A stretch of DNA of 64,000 nucleotides from Nitrospirota bacterium (GCA_963845065.1 CAWJQQ010000001.1:800001-864000), one strand, 5' to 3'. Shown: positions 53,276 to 64,000, counted from the first letter of the stretch. Translations and numbers: made by a program. The notes: generated from the letters alone by a model not told the origin.

Positions 53276-53334
53276 GCCCAACCTGCAGCTCGACACCAGC
53301 GGGCTGCGCCCGGTGGGTCAGCCGCGCGTTCATA
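53276..53334 (+). other. attC site (59 bp)
   Basis: GCCCAAC-5nt-GCT(C)GAC(A)CCA...TGGGTCAGC-5nt-GTTCATA, with unpaired bases at canonical positions. Confidence 0.7.
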
Positions 53335-53755
53335 TGCAATTTCCAACCCGAACTTGTTGATTGTTTCAATCAATGAGAACTACAGAATTGTAGGTGAATC
53401 TCGCAGAGATCTTGATTTGATTGAAGTGAAGAATAAAAAAGGATTGAGACGACATCTTCACGTCGTACTCAATCCATAATTCAAGAAGCCCGGAGCGGCA
53501 GGATGTTGGCCGATGATCTCTATATATAGGGTAATGCTTCGGTGAGTGGTTTTCGGTGAAAGCCTGAAGTGAGTAGATTATGGAGTGCACAGACTGTCTC
53601 GGTCTGATTATCGTAAAACCAGTGTGATTTTCTTTATTCGTGCATACAGAAGTGATCGCCCATCCACGCGCAGGCCAAACGGGAGCGTTGACCGCGCGGA
53701 TGATAGCCGCGGGATTACACACGAGAAACACGTAGTGAATCAGGATCGTCGAATC

Positions 53756-54850
53756 CTATCCTGCGCGTGCCAATTGTTGATACGGCAGAGAGATATAAAG
53801 CACTTTGAGTGAGCCGCCGCAGCTCCCACAGGTCGGACGGGGCAATGGCTGCATCTGTTCGATTTCGGACATTGCTACCTCGAATCCGTAAGCCAGTTCA
53901 ATCAGCGTCCTGATGTTTTCAAGCGGGACCTTGCATGCGGCGTTCAGAAAGCCGTAATACCGCACCTTCATGAACCCCGTCGGCAGCACGTGCTGGAGGA
54001 ACCGGCGCATAAACTCCATCACATCCAGGATCAGTATCCTCCAGCGGTTGCTCCCAGTCTTTTTGTAACGAATGAAGACCTGGCGGTTCTCGACTTTCAC
54101 AATACGGTTGTTGGACAAGGCTACCCGGAAGACATAGGGGGCAAGATACTTGAGGCTCGCCTCGCTTGAACCGATAGCCTGGGAGTTCACATTCCAGTCC
54201 ATTCGCCATACTTCGTCGGGTATTTGATCAAAAAGACTGGCTTTTTTCATTTCTTCTTTAAACTTCGCCCGGAAGATAGGAGACAACGCTTCGACCGGCA
54301 CATAGAAGCCGATCCCTGAAGGCTTCCAGATCTTGTTATCAGACGAGAGTGCTCCACCCACGACGATATAGTGGATATGGGGATGATACTCAAGCGTTCT
54401 GCCCCAGGTGTGCAGAACCCCGAAGAAGCCTGGCAGATCGCCGCCCATGAACTTGGGATCGAGAACCAGCTTTTTCATGGCTTCGGAGGAAGCTGAAAAC
54501 AGGGCAGCGTAAGCTGCCCGCTGATTGCCCCTGACGAACCGGCGAATTTGTTCCGGCACCGTGAAGGTAATCATGAAGTGGTGCCCCGGCACACGCCGAT
54601 CAAGCTGTTTTTCGAGCCACTGCCTTGTCTTGTGGTGCTGACAGGTAGGACAGTGGCGATTGCCGCAGGAGCGGTGAATCGCGTGGCGTTCCCCGCACGA
54701 TTCGCACTGGAAGAAGGTCGTTCCAGAGGCTGGGGTGCGGCAGTTGATAATCGCGGTTATCGCCTTACGATGTTCCCCAGGGATAGCGTCACCAAACCGC
54801 GACAGGTACTCCTGTGCATAGATGCGGAAGATGTCATTGATCGTATCCAT
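53756..54850 (-). CDS. IS91-family (Y2) transposase
   Basis: SCGNRHCPTC, HTWG...HPHIH, YLAPY, EFMRRFLQHVLP. Confidence 0.92.
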   Translation of the reverse strand: MDTINDIFRIYAQEYLSRFGDAIPGEHRKAITAIINCRTPASGTTFFQCESCGERHAIHRSCGNRHCPTCQHHKTRQWLEKQLDRRVPGHHFMITFTVPEQIRRFVRGNQRAAYAALFSASSEAMKKLVLDPKFMGGDLPGFFGVLHTWGRTLEYHPHIHYIVVGGALSSDNKIWKPSGIGFYVPVEALSPIFRAKFKEEMKKASLFDQIPDEVWRMDWNVNSQAIGSSEASLKYLAPYVFRVALSNNRIVKVENRQVFIRYKKTGSNRWRILILDVMEFMRRFLQHVLPTGFMKVRYYGFLNAACKVPLENIRTLIELAYGFEVAMSEIEQMQPLPRPTCGSCGGSLKVLYISLPYQQLARAG

Positions 54851-56162
54851 GATTACAACCCCACCATGATCTGGTCGATGAGCTTGAAGGCGTCATCCTG
54901 AACCTTGGTGTCAGATGGAGATAAATCATCGTGGATTCAAGGCTGGAGTGGCCCATATACCGCTGGATGACGCGCAGATTTACGCCGGCTTCAAGCAGGT
55001 GGGTTGCGTAGGCGTGGCGCCTATGCCGCATGCGGAATAGTCGACACTATTCCGAGTCCCGGACTATGCCGAGTTAGATGGGAGCCAAGTTGCGTACAGC
55101 CAAATATTGCTGCATAGAACATGAATAGTACTCACAAATCACTCGGCATAGTTTTATTGGGCTTTGCAGATTGTTGAGGAAGCCAAGGATTTGGTCCCCG
55201 CTCGATACCGACTGAATTTGCCATTCAGTGGTTTCGTGCCCACTTCGCAAACCCAGCAATGTAAGCCGACAGTGGACCCACTAACCGCCTTGAAAGAATT
55301 ACGTCATCATTGACAATGCACTTCGTAGTCGACTCCTTTCTTGCAATAAGATTTACTTACAGGGGTCAAACTATGCCGAGTGAGTGTGGTTTACAAGTCG
55401 AAAAACGTGGGCTGAAGGAAATTACCTGGTAATAGTCCGGGACTCGGAATAGTGGCGTAGCGTGTGAACGGAGACATCACGTTTCTGAATACCCGCCGCG
55501 CGTATTGCGCTCCGAAGGGCCCCCTGCACCGTGCCGATGGTAATCGGGACCTGAATGTCCGAGCCATCTTTGTATATGCCCCGTGAGGGAAAAATCAAGC
55601 GTGGGTTTTTGTGAGTTGACCAATGCTTCCGCAAAAGCTCATATGTTGCATGGGGAAGCGGAACATAGCGGTCCTTTGCGCCTTTCCCCCGGTGGACGTG
55701 TATCATCATACGGTGTTTATCGATGTCCGAGACTTCGAGGTACAGTGCTTCCCGGAGTCGGAGGCCGCAGGAATAGACCGTGGCGAGGAAGGCGTGGTTG
55801 CGAGGAGACGTGACGCGGGACAGGATCGAGCGCACCTCTTCGGTACTGAGCACAGTCGGAAGTCGGTGCTCACGCTGAGGCCGGATCATACTCAGTATAT
55901 GCCAGTCTCGGCGTAGGACGTTCTCAAAAAAGAAACGGATGCCGGCATAGCAGATACCCATGGTGTTAGGCGCCCACTTGCGGACGTTTCTGCAATAGAG
56001 GAAGTATTCCTGAAGCTCTTCTTCGGTGATGAGATCGGGGGATTTGTTGTCGAAATGCTCAATGAGCAATCGGACCGCACGTGTGTAATTTGCCTGCGTT
56101 CGATCGCCCTTACCACTCAGTTGCAGGGCTTCTTTGGACTTCTCGTACCAGTTTTCCATAGC
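54834..56162 (-). pseudogene. Tyrosine recombinase split at HTLRH by the mini-RIT
   Basis: YSCGLR, GKGAKDR, VHTLRH | AYATHLLEAG...MGHSSLESTMIY. Confidence 0.88.
55048..55451. mobile_element. Non-autonomous mini-RIT-like element (404 bp)
   Basis: Perfect 20-bp IRs TATTCCGAGTCCCGGACTAT; ACTATGCCGAGT repeats at 55063, 55141 (inverted), 55370; GTGGCG duplicated at 55014-55019 and 55452-55457. Confidence 0.8.
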
Positions 56163-56525
56163 CATACTGTCCTTGTGCAATAAGATTGAACTGCATTGGA
56201 GAGGTATGGTAGCATGATTATTATTCAGAGAACATCAGACAAGGCAGGTGTAGTAGAAGGATTTTGGTCTTGCATTTCTGCCGCGGAGCGGCTTACTTGA
56301 ATATCGATTATAAGTTATAGTGCAATGTCCTTTGTGAATCATGCACTTTTTTTATATGCATGGATATGCAAAATATATCTTGAATTGTTTACATAAGATT
56401 TGCTCGTTCGAGTTTCGCATGGTGAATGGGTGATAGAGGTTGTAATTCCTACTGATCACTCCGAATAAACTTGGATGGAACGTAACGACTCCATACAAAT
56501 AAATGAGTGGGTAAATTTACATTTC

Positions 56526-56559
56526 AAAGAAGGGGTTTGGATAACCAAGCCCCTTCTTT
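56526..56559. terminator. Hairpin terminator downstream of tRNA-Sec
   Basis: AAAGAAGGGGTTTGG-ataa-CCAAGCCCCTTCTTT. Confidence 0.7.
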
Positions 56560-56631
56560 CTATGGACCGCTATACGGTATGAGTAATTTAAGGCAGATTA
56601 ATTATAAGTAATTGATATTTAACAAAAAAAT

Positions 56632-56730
56632 TGGCGGGAGAGCATGAGAATCGAACTCACCTTTCCTGACCAAAGCCAGGAAACAGCGGATTTGAAGTCC
56701 GGGACGGGCACCAGCTCCGTAACCTCTCCC
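56632..56730 (-). tRNA. selC: tRNA-Sec (UCA)
   Basis: Anticodon arm CGGA-CTTCAAA-TCCG; 9-bp variable arm; T arm GTGAG-TTCGATT-CTCAT; G discriminator + CCA. Confidence 0.92.
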
Positions 56731-57780
56731 TTGTTGTTTATATAATTATTGCATATTATCAAACGCTTAACTTTTTCACTTTATCTCACCGAGTATGTTA
56801 CAGTCCTGCCGAGATACATTATGGTCGCCTCCGAGTACACATATATGTTAAGATCGACTGTTTTCGTACAGTATAGCATAAATACATGATAATGCATGTC
56901 TTTATCATTTAACTACTGGTGGCATAAGCTCTTTACCTAATGCTGCATTTTGGTGTTGTCTACTCTAAATTCGGAAGGATTACATTATGACAGTTACAAA
57001 AATAGATACAATTTTGGTTTGACTTTAGACTCCTGTCTCCGGTCGTTTTTGCATAACTTTTTCTGATGCTTCCTTCAAGTTTAATTCACTTCTCGAAAAA
57101 GTTGAATAAAAAATGGACCATATTTATAAGGGAATAAAACCATCAACATTCTTATCACCGTTTTGTTGGGTTAAAAAGAGATATTACAAGCTTTAGCTTT
57201 GTTATTAAAGTCGCCTCGTTTAATAAAAAGTAGAATTTTATGCGTTCGGCACTCCTTATTGAAAATTAATTTATTCTACACGAATTGTACTTATTTGAGA
57301 ACAACAAAAGAAGAAGGGGTGCACTTCAAAAAAATTAAATATCTTGAATACTCATCTGTCGAAAAGCGTTTCAAAATGATTTCTTTCATGAAAAGTCAAA
57401 AGAATATGAATTGTCGTAATAAATCTCCGATTAAAGAATCCTACCTCAGAATAGTCATTGGGACCATTAAATGTTTGAGAGCGAGTACAGGACACACGCC
57501 AGGCCTACCTTACAACGAACGACTTGTTGATGAAAAGAAGGAACAAAAAAGATTGCGATCAGTGATTTTGCCAGTATTCATGGCGCCCCCCTACGATAGG
57601 ATCCATTGGGAAAAAAATTAAACCTAGAAGTTTTTTTAAGAGAAGATTGTTCCGTTGTTTTGTCTTTCTTACTATTTATTTTAATTCAACGTTGAGACAA
57701 TAATGCTCACTATGTTATGCTTATATTATTATAGTACGAGGTATCGTCATTCCTTATGAAGCCTGTGATACAATAGAGGA

Positions 57781-59687
57781 ATGGATGTCTTAAAAAACAA
57801 GTCAATCCAGCTCAAGAGCCCGCAAAGCCGGCTAATAATAGCAATCATACTCATCAGCGCGTCCTTTTATATTTGGCAAGTATATACGACTCGTCCCGCC
57901 CTTGAGCGTTTTACGATTTCCTATAGTCAGTTTATGGAGCAGCTCAACGCATCAAACATTAAATCCGTATCCATCTACAAACTACGGGTGAACGGTGAAT
58001 TTATAAAAAAAAGGATGTTACCCTCACCGGTTCAACAAAACCCATTTTGGTTCAGTATTTCCTGACTTATCTCCCAACCTTCCAAGGGGATGACCTTTTA
58101 AGCCAGCTTAGCACGAAAAAAGTCTCCATTACCATCGAGTCGCCGGAGGAAGGCTCGCCAATTTTGGGTTTTGTGCTGAGCATGCTTCCCTGGGTGGTCA
58201 TACTCGGATTCTGGTTTTTTATGATGCGCCGCGCACAGCAGATCCAGGGCGGAGCGGGCGGGCTCTTTACCTTTGGCCAGAGCAAGGCCAAGCTGTATGA
58301 CGTCAAACGGCCCAAAGTGACGTTCAGGGACGTTGCAGGTCTTGATAACGTGAAGCGAGAACTCATGGAATCCATCGAGTTCCTGAAAGATCCTGCGAAA
58401 TTTGAAAAGATCGGAGCTAAGGTACCGAAGGGCGTTCTCCTGATCGGACCGCCCGGCACGGGTAAGACATTGCTTGCGCGGGCCTCTGCCGGAGAGGCGG
58501 GCGTTCCGTTTTACAGTATCAGCGCATCTGAGTTTATCGAGATGTTCGTCGGCGTCGGTGCGTCGAGGGTTCGCGACATGTTCAAGAAGGCGCGAGGTAC
58601 TCATCCTAGCATCATCTTCATCGACGAGATTGACGCCGTGGGGCGGACGCGGGGCGCGGGATTCGGTGGAGGACATGACGAACGGGAACAGACATTAAAC
58701 CAGCTTCTGAGTGAAATGGACGGGTTTGACCCCCATGAAGAGGTCATTGTCATGGCAGCGACGAATAGGCCCGACGTCCTTGATCCGGCTCTGCTGCGGC
58801 CCGGCCGATTCGACAAACATATCGTCGTTGATCGGCCGGGATGGAAGGAACGCAGGGCAATCCTCGAAGTCCACGTTAAGAAAAAGTTCCTTGCTGAGGA
58901 CGTGAATCTCGATACCGTTGCCCGGGGAACGCCGGGCATGACCGGCGCCGATCTCGAGAACCTCGCTAACCAGGCTGCCCTCGTGGCGCTTAGGAAGAAC
59001 CAAACGGTCATCCACATGAGCGACTTCGAGGATGCCCGAGACACACAACTTATGGGCATCGTGCGCGAAGAGACGATCACGGACAATGAAAAGAAGATCA
59101 CCGCATACCACGAAGCAGGGCATGCCCTCGTGGCCCGGGAGCTACCGGGTACGGATCCGATCTACAAGGTGAGTATAATTCCGAGGGGGATGGCTATGGG
59201 CGTCACGCAGCTTCTGCCCGAAGAAGACCGGCATTATTATCCCCGAACCTACCTCATGAACAAGCTAAGTGTCGCCCTCGGCGGAAGAAGCGCAGAGAAG
59301 ATCGTATTCAACGATGTGAGCAGCGGCGCTCAGAGCGATTTGAAAGAAGCTACATCTCTTGCAGAGAAGATGGTGGCCCAGTGGGGCATGAGCGATAAGG
59401 TTGGGCCGGTAAACCTCGGTAGAGGCGAAGAGCACCCCTTTCTTGGAATGGAACTCGCGCAGCCTAAGCGCTATAGCGATGAAATGGCCTGGATCATGGA
59501 CCAGGAGATCCAGCGGTTGATCAAGGAAGCTGAAAACACTGCCATGGAAATCCTCACGAAGAACCGGATCATGCTCGATCCCCTTGCGAATGCACTCATG
59601 AAGGAGGAAGTCCTCGACAAGGCGGAGATCGAGCGCATCATCGCTGAGGCGAAGAACAAAGGGGCGCCGGAAAAAACTCGCGCTTGA
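57781..59687 (+). CDS. ftsH: FtsH protease with a frameshift at A8 (58005-58012)
   Basis: N-terminal TM + ISYSQF in one frame; AAA (GPPGTGKT) and HEAGH in the -1 frame. Confidence 0.88.
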
Positions 59688-59841
59688 CCTGCAATCGATC
59701 CAAAAAAATTGACATACTTGAAGGGTTGCTATCGTGGGTGGACTAAGCGTTGTCGGCTGATATCTGATATTCTCTATATTAGGATGATGTTAAGATTCTT
59801 CTTCGTAAGTTATGAATATAATATGTGAAAGGATGTAGACC

Positions 59842-60303
59842 ATGGTATACGTGAAGCGTATTCTGGTTGTTAGCAGAATGACGAAATTCTGTAAGAATGC
59901 CGTTCATTACGGCGTATCAATAGCTAAACGAGATGGGGCTAAGCTGTCCGTTATTCATGTAATACATGATCTCTTCGGGATTGAAGGATGGAACCTACCA
60001 CTTCCGAACCTGGAAAAGGACTATCAGAACCTTCTCAAAAAGGAACGACAGGAGCTGGATACAATCATCGAGAACGAAAATTGGCACGGCATGCAGATCG
60101 ACGTTATCTTCCGAGAGGGCGAACCGTCAGCGGGAATATTGACGGTATTAAAAGAAAGGAATATCGATCTCCTCATCATGTTCGCTCATGAGGAAGGCCG
60201 CTTGGAACACTTCCTGTTTGGTAAGAACAACAGCGAACTGGTGCGTCGAATGCCCTGTTCGATCTTCCTGGTTAAAAAGGAGCCGCAAACTGCTGCATTC
60301 TGA
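59842..60303 (+). CDS. Universal stress protein (UspA family)
   Basis: KRILV...LSVIHVI...GEP...IDLLIM...LFG...LVRRMPCSIFLVK. Confidence 0.9.
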   Translation: MVYVKRILVVSRMTKFCKNAVHYGVSIAKRDGAKLSVIHVIHDLFGIEGWNLPLPNLEKDYQNLLKKERQELDTIIENENWHGMQIDVIFREGEPSAGILTVLKERNIDLLIMFAHEEGRLEHFLFGKNNSELVRRMPCSIFLVKKEPQTAAF

Positions 60304-60369
60304 ATGGGACGCGGAAATTGCGATCAGGTAGATAAAAAGCGGGATATTGGTTTTTTCGACCTGACTTTA

Positions 60370-61216
60370 CGACTTATTTTGAAACACTTAGTCAGCGCGT
60401 CCAGCAGGGCGCCGCTGAAGAGTTCCAGCCCCTCTTTGGCAATGCTGAAGGCAAAGATGGATATGTCGGTCTTGAGGTCAATCCCCAGCTGGTGCACAAT
60501 ACACACGGTACGGTGCAGGAAACCAATCGGTTGTGTGACGCGCTGAACCGGACCTGGGGTTCTGGCAACAATCAATGAGGCTACCGGCAATCCAGTGACT
60601 TATCAGCGAAGGAATGAGCTTCAACGTGATGCTGCACTTTGGATTGAAGTGTTATCGGCGCGTGGTGGAAGCATAAATCGTCGCGATCGAAGTGTGCAAA
60701 GCTCATAGGAAGCCCGTAAAGTATTTAGCTTCGGTGGCAAGTTTCCTTGTAAACCATATTAATATGCTTATGCATTTACTACTGGAAAAACTCACGGTAA
60801 TAGATGTCAAGAAGGCAACCCTCGCAAAAAAAAATACGAGGCCAAGCTACAATTGCCAGCGCGAAGATATCCTATCAAATTTACGAAGAGACTTTCGGCA
60901 GCGACTGGTTTAGGAAACTGTCTGCTAAGAATGCTTGTGTCCAGCGGCTGCGTTGGGCCAGCACCTGCACCAAGAATCAGTAATGTAAATATGTTGAGGC
61001 TCTTATCGAATTGAACACGGTCAATTCGACCCCGGTTAAAAGCCCTCGGCGCCTATCGCGACCATGGAGAGCAGAAAACGTGGCTTGAACAAGATGTCAA
61101 AAAAGTCCGCTTTGTGTTGGGGCGACTGCCAGAAGAGTCATCAGCATCGAGAATGTGACATGGCAGCTTGAGAACGAAAGAATCGAAAAATTTAACAAGT
61201 CATTCGATCAACTAAT
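60370..61216 (+). pseudogene. tal: Transaldolase pseudogene
   Basis: DGYVGLEVNP, ASVASF, IASAKISYQ, QRLRWASTCTKN, YVEALI...NTVN with stops and frameshifts. Confidence 0.75.
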
Positions 61217-61225
61217 GAGAGAGTC

Positions 61226-62878
61226 ATGAAAATAAGTCCCTATGCAGGAAAGCTGGCCGAAGCATCGATGCAGGTGAATATACCCAGACTCGTGACGGCC
61301 TACTATACGGAGGTGCCTGATCCTACAATACCGGAACAACGGGTTACCTTCGGTACTTCTGGACATCGTGGTTCTGCATTAGAAAAGGCTTTCAATGAAA
61401 GGCATATCCTTGCCATCAGTCAGGCCATTTGCCTGTACCGGGAGCAGAAGAAGATCGATGGCCCGTTATTTCTCGGTATGGACACTCATGCTCTTTCCGT
61501 ACCAGCTCTTGCCAGTGCGCTTGAGGTGCTGGCGGCAAACAACGTGGAAGTCATGATCGCGCAGGGGGATGAATACACCCCAACTCCTGTCATTTCCCAG
61601 GCAATTCTTACGTTCAACCGCGGGCGAAAGAAAGGACTCGCCGACGGCATCGTCATCACGCCGTCACACAATCCGCCACATGATGGCGGGTTCAAATACA
61701 ATCCCCCGAACGGCGGGCCGGCAGAAACCACCGTCACGAGCTGGATCGAGGCGAAAGCAAACGAGTTTCTCAAAAATGGCCTTTTCGGTTTGAAGAGGAT
61801 TCCTTTCGAGAAAGCTCTTCGCGCCCCCACTACGCACCGGCACGACTATCTCAATGCTTACATTGCTGATCTCGCTAATGTGATCGACATGGATGCCATT
61901 CGCGCCGTGAACATCAGCATGGGAGTCGATCCACTCGGTGGTGCCGGCGTCCACTACTGGGGGCCGATTGCCGAGCGCTACGGGTTGAACCTTACCGTCG
62001 TGAACGAGGTCGTCGATCCAACCTTTCGTTTCATGACGGTTGATTGGGACGGTCAGATCCGTATGGACCCATCCTCACCCTACGCGATGCAGAGGTTAAT
62101 CGGCCTGAAGGATCGCTTCGAGATCGCCTGGGCCTGCGATACCGACCATGACCGGCATGGAATCGTCACCCGAAGCGCGGGATTGCTGCCGCCCAACCAT
62201 TATCTTTCCGTCGCCATTTTATACCTCTTCCAACACAGGGCGAAGTGGTGCAAGGAAGCTGCGATCGGCAAAACTATAGTTAGCAGTCGGATGATCGATC
62301 TCGTCGCTGCGAAGCTTGGAAGGAAGCTCTACGAGGTGCCGGTTGGATTCAAGTGGTTCGTTGATGGCTTGAGCGACGGTTCTCTCGGGTTTGGCGGTGA
62401 AGAGAGCGCGGGAGCGTCTTTTCTCCGTCACGACGGTACCGTCTGGACGACTGACAAGGATGGGATCGTGCCAGCCTTGCTTGCGGCGGAGATTACGGCG
62501 CGGATGGGCCGCGATCCCGGTGAGTTATACCGTGAGCTCACTGCAGAGTTCGGAGAGCCGCTATACGACCGGATCGAAGCACCGGCAACTCCTGATCAAA
62601 AAGAGATTCTGAAAAAACTCTCTCCGCACCAAGTTACGTCGACTGTTTTGGCCGGAGAGAAGATAGAGGACATTCTTACTCAGGCACCCGGCAACAACGC
62701 TTCACTCGGCGGGTTGAAGGTGATTGCAAAAAGCGGATGGTTCGCGGCGCGACCGTCTGGGACCGAGGATATCTACAAAATTTACGTAGAAAGTTTCCTC
62801 GGCAAAGACCATTTACATCGCATCCAGGAGGAAGCACAGACGATCGTCAGTGATGCTCTGGCGGCGTCTTCGCCGTAG
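61226..62878 (+). CDS. pgm: Phosphoglucomutase
   Basis: FGTSGHRG, TPSHNP, DTDHDR, GEESAG, ARPSGTE. Confidence 0.96.
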   Translation: MKISPYAGKLAEASMQVNIPRLVTAYYTEVPDPTIPEQRVTFGTSGHRGSALEKAFNERHILAISQAICLYREQKKIDGPLFLGMDTHALSVPALASALEVLAANNVEVMIAQGDEYTPTPVISQAILTFNRGRKKGLADGIVITPSHNPPHDGGFKYNPPNGGPAETTVTSWIEAKANEFLKNGLFGLKRIPFEKALRAPTTHRHDYLNAYIADLANVIDMDAIRAVNISMGVDPLGGAGVHYWGPIAERYGLNLTVVNEVVDPTFRFMTVDWDGQIRMDPSSPYAMQRLIGLKDRFEIAWACDTDHDRHGIVTRSAGLLPPNHYLSVAILYLFQHRAKWCKEAAIGKTIVSSRMIDLVAAKLGRKLYEVPVGFKWFVDGLSDGSLGFGGEESAGASFLRHDGTVWTTDKDGIVPALLAAEITARMGRDPGELYRELTAEFGEPLYDRIEAPATPDQKEILKKLSPHQVTSTVLAGEKIEDILTQAPGNNASLGGLKVIAKSGWFAARPSGTEDIYKIYVESFLGKDHLHRIQEEAQTIVSDALAASSP

Positions 62879-62916
62879 CCGGAGATTCCTTTCAGGGCAA
62901 ATAAGAAGGAGAGACA

Positions 62917-64000
62917 ATGAGCAAACAGGCACCTTTCAACAAGCCAATATACAGTCTTCTTCCTCAAGGAGTAGAAGGATTCGACTCCCTGGCCGAGCTT
63001 GCCCTGGATCTGCGCTGGTCGTGGAGTCATGCCGCAGATCAAGTTTGGCAACTACTTGATCCCGGTTTGTGGGATCTCACGCACAATCCCTGGGCTGTCC
63101 TGCAGACGGTTTCTCGCGACCAGCTCCAGCACGTGTTAGCCAATCCCGTAATTCGCAAAAATATTGATGAACTCGTGCAGGCCAAACGTCAGGCGGCGAA
63201 GGCCCCCGTTTGGTTTCAGAAAGAGCATCCGCAGACTTCCCTTACCAGTGTCGCGTATTTCAGCATGGAATTTATGTTGAGTGAAGCTCTGCCTATATAT
63301 TCCGGCGGACTGGGTAATGTGGCCGGAGATCAGCTCAAATCGGCCAGTGATTTGGGCGTACCGGTGGTCGGCGTGGGTTTGCTCTACCAGCAAGGCTATT
63401 TTCGTCAAGTGCTCGACAAAGATGGAGCACAACAGGCCCTTTTCCCCTACAACGATCCCGGACAATTGCCTATCACACCATTGCGGCAGGAGAATGGGGA
63501 GTGGTTGCGGCTGAAACTCGATTTGCCCGGTTACCCGGTCTGGCTGCGCGCGTGGCAAGTCCAGGTTGGCCGATTGCACCTTTACCTGCTCGACAGCAAT
63601 GACCCTGCGAACCTCCCTGCTCATCGAGGCATTACCAGCGAGCTTTACGGGGGCGGGCCGGAGTTGCGGCTGAAACAAGAGATCATGCTTGGGATCGGCG
63701 GGTGGCGGTTGCTCCGCGCACTCGGTATCGAGCCGGAAGTCTGCCACCTGAATGAAGGACATGCGGCATTCGCGATTTTGGAACGAGCATTGAGTTTCAT
63801 GAACGATACAGGGCAGACGTTCGAAGTCGCGCTGGCCGTCACGCGAGCGGGTAACCTCTTCACCACCCACACTGCGGTGGCCGCAGGCTTTGACCGTTTT
63901 ACTCCAGCCCTCATTGAGCAATACCTCGGTGGTTATGCCGAACAGAAACTCGGCATAACTCTCTACGATTTGCTGGGCCTTGGCCGTCAGAACCCGAACG
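62917..64000 (+). CDS. glgP: Alpha-glucan phosphorylase, truncated by the window end
   Basis: LALDLRWSW, AYFSMEF, YSGGLGNVAGD, YQQGYFRQ, HLNEGH, FTTHT; SD AAGGAG. Confidence 0.95.
   Translation, partial: MSKQAPFNKPIYSLLPQGVEGFDSLAELALDLRWSWSHAADQVWQLLDPGLWDLTHNPWAVLQTVSRDQLQHVLANPVIRKNIDELVQAKRQAAKAPVWFQKEHPQTSLTSVAYFSMEFMLSEALPIYSGGLGNVAGDQLKSASDLGVPVVGVGLLYQQGYFRQVLDKDGAQQALFPYNDPGQLPITPLRQENGEWLRLKLDLPGYPVWLRAWQVQVGRLHLYLLDSNDPANLPAHRGITSELYGGGPELRLKQEIMLGIGGWRLLRALGIEPEVCHLNEGHAAFAILERALSFMNDTGQTFEVALAVTRAGNLFTTHTAVAAGFDRFTPALIEQYLGGYAEQKLGITLYDLLGLGRQNPN

Larger units (their letters stand above)
53480..56301 (-). mobile_element. Second IS91-like/tyrosine-recombinase element (recombinase disrupted)
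   Basis: Ends TTCAAGAAGCCCG / GCCGCGGAGCGGCTTACTTGAA; same gene pair as 24810-27332. Confidence 0.75.
32354..56658. mobile_element. ~24.3-kb genomic island integrated at tRNA-Sec
   Basis: 29-bp direct repeat of the tRNA 3' end; TATACGGTATG just inside both ends; accessory cargo. Confidence 0.85.

Noticed and set aside
57199..57621. 140-aa ORF upstream of ftsH
   Set aside because: TTG start without SD, AT-rich low-information sequence, no recognisable domain.

Overview
64-kb bacterial window. Gene content and tRNA-Sec suggest an anaerobic Nitrospirota/Desulfobacterota-like genome (inference). It is dominated by signalling genes and nested mobile DNA. 1-14 kb: SAM methyltransferase, hybrid histidine kinase, diguanylate cyclase, PAS-LuxR, PilZ and CBM48 genes, interspersed with two families of 134-143 bp three-hairpin IS200/IS605-like miniature elements. 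14-32 kb: a group II intron with frameshifted RT, a solute-binding protein + MCP pair, an IS110 pseudogene split by a complete RIT (recombinase-in-trio) element plus an IS91-like/tyrosine-recombinase element, and an IS3. 32.4-56.7 kb: a ~24.3-kb island bounded by a 29-bp duplication of the tRNA-Sec 3' end. It carries two TA loci (one toxin split by IS4), an intact group II intron, a RecB/Cas4-like-RNaseH-IS66 fusion gene, attC-like sites without an integron integrase, a sigma54-driven STAS-hdeD-DUF1269-ftsH-ubiB cluster, and a second IS91-like element whose recombinase is split by a 404-bp gene-less mini-RIT. 57-64 kb: frameshifted ftsH, USP, tal pseudogene, pgm, glgP. Most notable: both RIT insertions share the junction architecture target hexamer / 20-bp palindrome / inverted hexamer / element / target hexamer. 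All calls come from motif recognition by eye; no searches were run.
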